DNA of 64,000 nucleotides from Adineta vaga (Eukaryota; Animalia; Rotifera): NCBI GenBank assembly GCA_021613535.1, contig CP075495.1, positions 7,130,001 to 7,194,000 of the forward strand, read 5' to 3'. Shown piece by piece: positions 56,423 to 64,000 of this stretch (position 1 is its first letter; each line of letters starts with the position of its first letter). The notes under the pieces were generated by a model. It saw only the letters and a program-made list of their open reading frames with translations, ran no database searches and was not told where the DNA came from. The position numbers and the translations under genes were made by a program.

Positions 56423-56431
56423 CTCCTTTCC
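56423..56431 (+). promoter_or_regulatory. Pyrimidine tract (TCT/5'TOP-like) upstream of RPS5
   Basis: CTCCTTTCC lies about 33 nt before the RPS5 ATG, as is typical of ribosomal protein gene start sites. Confidence 0.4.
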
Positions 56432-56463
56432 GTGTGTGAAAAGAGAAAATCAAATCTACCAAC

Positions 56464-57482
<1,019 letters not shown>

Positions 57483-58020
57483 AAGCATTATCTTACAGCC
57501 CAATCACAATATAATGATGACAGAAATTGCTCGAATATATGTCATTGTTTTAGTTTTTATGTTATTGTTATTGTTGTGAACACATTCGGGCTAGAATGTT
57601 TTGTTATATTCTATGAAGAAACAAAAAAAAAAGAAAAATGATAGAAAAATAACCATCAAACGAAATCATATATTAATATTCTCTCATAGATGTGAATAAT
57701 ATCATCAAGAAAATAAATATTTTTTAAGAAGAATATTTAGTGAAACTCTTTCCTATCAATGAATCTATAGATCTTTATTCGTATTTATTTCAAGATCAAT
57801 CGTTATACTGCTGAGAACAAAAGACGATATTGAATCCGAGAATTTCTAGAAGTGTACTGCTTTGTCTTGTATTTACAGTCATATAATATGATCACGTAAA
57901 AACCTAATGTTCGATTTATTTTCATATCTTGATTGAAAACAAAATTATACACTGAGTCAGAATTAATGCAACATCGTTGCAGAAAAAAAGAAGATGTCTG
58001 TTATCACATTGAATATCTTT

Positions 58021-59633
58021 TTAAAATGTATGAACGGGTGGTCGAAATAGTGTATCGTTATTTGAAAAATTCAATGCAACGATGGATCGATCCATTGATG
58101 CAAATAAATATTCGGGTGTTACAGCCAAACTATGTACTGGACTAGCTTGTTTAGAAACAAAAAACACTTTTTGTAGTTGTCGTTGAGTACGATTCACAAG
58201 ACGGATAGTTGAATGATGATCACAGCCAAGTACAATGCCATTTGAAACATTATTTTGATCAGCTGGGACAGCTAATGAACAATAATTGTTGCCAAATTCA
58301 TCATCGAATGTATAATGACATATCCCAGTACGTATATCAAATTCTTTTAATTGATTATCAAAACCAGCAGCAATGAAAACATTCGATGATATCCATTCAA
58401 TACAACGGACGCCAGCACCCAAACGATAATTTGCATTATAGACCTAATAAAAACGATATGAATATGTACTATTTCAAAGAAAATGAATATACATGAATTG
58501 GTTGCGCTCTTTCGGTATTAAATAAAACTAATGGATAAAGACTTGATCCACCACCAGTTCCAATTAAAAAATGTTGTCCATCATTCGTAAATCGACTACA
58601 TAAAACACGATCATCAACTTTTGTACGCCAAATCAATTGATTATGTTGTGCAGATATATCAAAAGTTCGTACTGAAAATAAAATCAATTCGAAAAAAACA
58701 AGAAACGTATATATATTTTTACAAATTAATTTGAGAAACTAACTTGAAACAGTATGATCGCGTGAACCATTTAATATTAAATATCTTTCTTGATCATTGG
58801 AAAAGACATCTAATGAAAGTATGTCATTCCGTTTACCAATAATAGGTACAAGATTTTGATCATTTTCACATGAATAGACATCATTCGTTTGTCGACATAT
58901 AATTCTTAATACGTTTCCATTTGCTAAAGCAATTAAATGTTGATTATATACTTTATAACAAAGAACATCATCATGATTAAATTCATAGAAATAATCAATT
59001 TGATTTGTCGATAAATTTAAACGTCGTAATGTACAATCATTGGTAAACCATAGTTGATGATTATGTTCATCATATTGAAGTAGGGAAGTTTGAGCACGAC
59101 GAATAAATCTAACCAATGTATGATTTTTATAATTATGTTGACTATTCCAACGATTTGATAGTAATAATAAATAACGATAATTATTCACAGTACGATTTAT
59201 ATCACAATCAGTTTTTGAGCATAGATTTAATTGATTCGATGGTCGACGATGGTCGACAGGAAGAAGAGAAGGTTGTTCATTCGAACGATCGAATAGTATT
59301 TCATATTGATAATCGGATGGAAGATGAACGGGATTGGAAATAATTGAAGATTGATAGTGGATATTCTAAAGAGATAAGAGAAATTTAGTTTTAAGCAAAT
59401 TATTTATCTTTTATTACCTCGAATGTTGGACATCCTGTTGAATTTTTCAGTTGGGAAAATGAAACATTAGTTACTCTTGCAAGTGCTTTCTTCCACGGTA
59501 AAGTATGATAATAGAGTACAGTATGAAATCGTTGACACACTTGTTGTAATCGAAATAAATCCTTTGTGGATACATATCGACAAAAGAGTTCCACTAAAAT
59601 ATCATCGGGTAAGTCCAAAATTGATATTACCAT
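58021..59633 (-). CDS. F-box/WD40 repeat protein, FBXW4 (dactylin)-like
   Basis: F-box ILDLPDDILVELFCRYVSTKDLFRLQQVCQRF. WD repeats GSRDHTVSIRTFD, GAGVRCIEW..AAGFDNQLKEFDIRTG and SPVHSLAVTPEYLFASMDRSIVALNFS. Confidence 0.88.
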
Positions 59634-59781
59634 TATCAAAACATAAAAAATATTGAATGAATGCTATTTGATACATATAATTATCAAAAAATCTAGAAAA
59701 GAAGAAAATTTCGAATGATCTATACAATATTTTCGACACGTTCACAAATATATGACTTAATATATTACAAAAATTTGAATA

Positions 59782-62583
59782 CTATTCATTTTTCGATTTC
59801 TTATTTATAAATTTATCAAGTGTATGATTACTATTATTGGTTTGTTTTTCATTTTTACGTTTGATTGCTTTCAATGGTTTAGGTACGATTGATGTTTGAT
59901 AAGAAGTTTTATTTTCTTCCATTTGTAATTCACGTGCAAAATGAAAATCTTCATGTTCAGGCATGTCCCATGTTAAAATTGACTTGTTACATTTTGAACA
60001 AGTGATATACGGATTATCGGATTTATCCGAATGAATGAGAACTGTTGTCATTTGTTGAGTAACGAGAAAAAAAAGATGTAATGGATGAACTTGATTTTGG
60101 TTCAGATTTCGACGGTGTTTTCAATCGTTCTTCATTTTTCTGAAATTTTCGAAAAAAATCACCTTTGATTGGTGAAATCGTCGTTTTTGTTGCTGCTGCT
60201 GCTACTGCTATTGTTGTTGGCAGTGGTGATGGTGGTTTTTCTGTACTAGTTTCTGTATCATCGTCATCATCACCTTCTTCTTCCGCTTCTTGCCAATTGA
60301 TAAGATTTTCCATTGATGTTATTGGTTCTGCTTTAGTTGTTTGTTTAGAGAATAGATCAGCAATAGATTTGGTTTTAACACTATCAAGAAATTTTCCAGC
60401 ACTAATACCAAGATTAATGATTGCTGGTGAATAAATATTCGATGTTGAAGAACTTTTATTGAATTGTTTCAATATTCGATAAGCATCATTAGCAAATCGA
60501 TCGATTGAATATTCATTTAAGGGACAAGAACGTGCGATTGTTTCATTCGTAATTAATGTACATGTTACAGTTAAAAGTTTTGCACGACGTTTATTCTAAG
60601 TATGGAAAAGTAATTCATTGATTTGAAGATAAAGAATATACTATACCTCTGTTCGATCTTTTTCCAATCGATTGAAAACTTCTTCAGCTAAATTATGACA
60701 CCAACTACGAATCTAATCAAGATGGTAAAAAATGATTAAATTATTTTATTGAAATCAATTTCGTACTTTTTCATTAGTATCTAATGATGTTTTGCCAGGA
60801 AAATTCTTACTGGCAGAGATTGATTTATACAAATTTCTACTATTTACAGGTGTTGTTTCGATGCCTCGAATTAAATTGTATAACCAACACCCATCTTTTT
60901 CACCAAGAGATGTTTGTAATATATCAAGTGAATATTTTCGTAATTGGCCAATATAATCAACTTGAAATAATTCTGTGACACGTTCACCTGCTTTTCCACC
61001 TAGACCTTGACTGAGAATACAAAGTAAAAAGCATACGTAACACTCTAATTTTCTTTTAAATGTTTCTTTACATTTTTTGAACAGGTGTTTTATCAAATAC
61101 ATAATCAATATCGGAATTAGGAAGAACTGTTTGTTTTTTTGGTTTGTTAAATCCACAACATAGTTTAGCTAAAATCTATGAACATCAAAATTGAAATGTT
61201 GAGAAAGAAAAAGAATGATTCATTATCATTACTTTATTTCGAGCAATACCAGCTGAACAGAAAAATCCCGTTTCTTCTTTAATCTTCTTTCGAATTTGTT
61301 CGACAAGATAAGCGCCAAGTACCAAATCAAAATTTCGTTTTTCATCATCTGATTGACAATCTTTTAACCATTTCTCGAATACTTCTATACGTTCATCTTC
61401 TGTTTTCGTAGTTGAACCAGCTAAATGTGTTGATGGAAAATCGCTGATTGTTAAATTCGATCTATTTTCTTTTAATTTTTGAATATCATCCGTTAAATCA
61501 AGATAAGCTTCATCAATACTGGCCTTTTCAACAAGTTTAAAATTGGCATTGAGAACACGAAAAACATCTGCACTTGCATCTCGATATCTTGAATAGACAA
61601 TAAATATAAATACTTCGAATTTCCAACAAATCATTCAATTTTACTAATTCATATTTCTTTTCAAACTAACATACGCTAGTTCAATCGATCAAGGACATAT
61701 CTTACTTAATTTGATATGTTCAAAATATTTATATATTATTAATTATATTTAACCTTGATATAAACATTATGACATGAGAATTATAGTGAAATTGTCCTTC
61801 CATATGTATAATATGGAGATAAATGTCTGCTTAGCGATGGCCGTCTCATTTTTTTTCGCTTCATACTTTTCAGAAACTATTGACATGACGCGTCAAGAAT
61901 TGAATATACATATTTTTTTATAAACAATTATCCATGTTATTAAGCAGTTCTAATTTAGATGATTAGAACGATTATGTGTCGCAGACTCTTCTTAATAGTA
62001 TTCAATAACGAAAAGGTTAGAAACTATAATTTTCTAATCAAACGATTGAAAAAAAAAGAAACGACCTTCATTGAATCGCAAATTACACTAATCAACCTTT
62101 ATCTGTTGTGTAAAGTAACAACTACATGTGTAAAGAAACGTTTTTTTACTATAAGTTGTCAATAACTTTATCGTCTTACATCATAAAAGAAAAACTATAT
62201 TCAATCTTACCGAGTTAAATTTGCTTTTCCATTCACTTCTTGAACATGAAAGACATGAAAATCTGGACAAAGTTCTTTGGCTTGTTCACCTCGCATACCT
62301 TGATTACCGAAATATGTTTTATCATTATCGAAATCTTCTATTTACCTCGTTTTACACCAAAATCTCGAGCTTCATAATTGACAGCAATAAGACTAAATAC
62401 ATTTGTTTTTCATTTTCTTCTATAAGATAGTCATTACAATTATACGTACCCACCACCTTTCCATGTGTAATATTGAGCTACACCACATGGTTTACCAAGA
62501 AATTCAGGTTGTAATCTTTGTTCGACTTGAACATAGAAACAATCCATATCGATCAATGCAATTACACGATGATCGACATTCAT
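59782..62583 (-). CDS. POLH: DNA polymerase eta (Y family) with an apparent frameshift at about 60035 before the UBZ domain
   Basis: RVIALIDMDCFYVQVE, LIAVNYEARDFGVKRGM, EKASIDEAYLDLT, SAGIARNKILAKL..NKPKKQT, QGLGGK and KSISASKNFPG. UBZ CSKC..DMPEHEDFHFARELQ and PIP-like HTLDKFI. Confidence 0.96.
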
Positions 62584-64000
62584 TCTTTCGATCTGAAATA
62601 TAGGATAATATTTAAAATATTTTCTTTTCACCAATTTTTAACAATGATTAATCTTAGCATATTATTAGTTCGTTCAGTTTAATTAAGCTATTACATTATA
62701 CTCATCGAAAACGTTTTTATCGTATTAGTTCATATATGTAATAATTTAGGAATATTTTAAAGCACTTTATATAAGCAATGATATATGATTACGAAATCCA
62801 TGACACATATCTGACTAGCCTATTTATTGGAAAAAAGTTATTGAGTAAGTACGATAGATGACGCCATTTTCTGAATATTAATTCTTATTTGAAAATTTCA
62901 TATTTATCCGTTTTAAAAGAAATATAAACATTGAATGAATTTATTAGACCTTGAAATTATAAATTTCAAATCGTTTTACCTTTAAAATTCTTGTGTGAAT
63001 ACGATTAGTTTTGTATCTACAATTAAATTTTTTTGTCAATAAGAAATAGGAGGACAACGACGATTGATCTGCCTATCAATTAATATTGCACGCGATCAAA
63101 TCGATCGATCACTTTTGTTGATCATGAGACACATCAATATCAAAGATATTTATTCATATAACAAAAGATAATATTGTATATATGTATCAAATACATCATC
63201 TAAACTTTTAATTGAACAATACGAATAGTTTTTCTTACTTAAAGGTATTATTTACTTTTTTTTCTCATTAATATTCTAATTTATCATTGATCTATATTTG
63301 TACACTATACTGTTCGTGTATTCTTTTGCCATGTTCTATTCGAATTCAAGCAAAGAGAATTCATTGAATATGCAACTGATTATTTAATCGTTAAATAGTA
63401 TAACACATGAAAAAGCGTGAATTAAATCAAAAAATGATTATGATCAATCGAGAATTTGAATTGAATACAATCGTTTTAGAATAATTTTGAAAAAGAAAAA
63501 TATTGAAACTTGATTTAAGTTTATTTTTTATCGTCTTAATCGTTGATTAGATAATCAGAATTGTTCGAACGATAGTTATTTTCTTGTTTCTAACAATAAC
63601 ATCTTGACAATGTGATGTTATCTAAATCAAATTAAGCCGTTTATGTGAGATATGAATCAATTGTATACAGAAGAAAATAATCTATTTGACGTTCATCTTC
63701 TAACTAATCTTTTCTCACCTTATTCGTTGATGAATCAAACATAAATTTGAGTGATACAAAAAAACACACATACGCTTTTCTTTTAATCTTTTACAAGCTG
63801 GTATCAGCATGCCTAAATCGTTCGTCAAAATTTTCTATTCATGCATTCGCCATTTGCCTTTTTTCTTTCTTTATGTGCATATTTTACTACTTGTTATATG
63901 AACATTATCATGCCTCGACACATGCACATATTAAGAACATATTGGTCGCTCATTTCTATTATTTGGTGCCAAAAAAATCTTGTTCAAAGATGATCTAATA

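Overview
AT-rich, gene-dense eukaryotic (metazoan) genomic DNA with many short spliceosomal introns of about 47-65 nt. The intron sizes, base composition and gene content best fit a bdelloid rotifer; this is an inference. I reconstructed spliced gene models by hand for 19 protein-coding loci: a neuroligin-like protein, a decaying eIF5 paralog, a LITAF-domain protein, a putative GT-A glycosyltransferase, a large 15/19-aa helical-repeat protein, choline/ethanolamine kinase (one frameshift), GGPS1, UFC1, VPS25, an APP-like protein, a tetraspanin, CAB39/MO25, a PRXamide-type neuropeptide precursor, SLC15/PepT, beta-sarcoglycan, a winged-helix plus nucleoside-phosphorylase-like protein, RPS5, an FBXW4-like protein and DNA polymerase eta (one frameshift before the UBZ). 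RNA genes are a solitary 5S rRNA gene, a convincing intronic H/ACA snoRNA in RPS5 and a weaker H/ACA candidate in the eIF5 paralog. The most notable observations are: (i) three co-directional gene pairs separated by only 98-148 nt, each with a splice acceptor before the downstream ATG, which are candidate trans-spliced operons; (ii) longer introns packed with nested inverted repeats; (iii) the eIF5 copy, which has lost its catalytic Arg and its W2 domain but keeps its N-terminal exons and a snoRNA-like intron; (iv) frameshifts in POLH and choline kinase; and (v) a PNP-fold protein resembling immune ATP-nucleosidase effectors. All homology calls come from recognising motifs by eye; no searches or folding programs were run.
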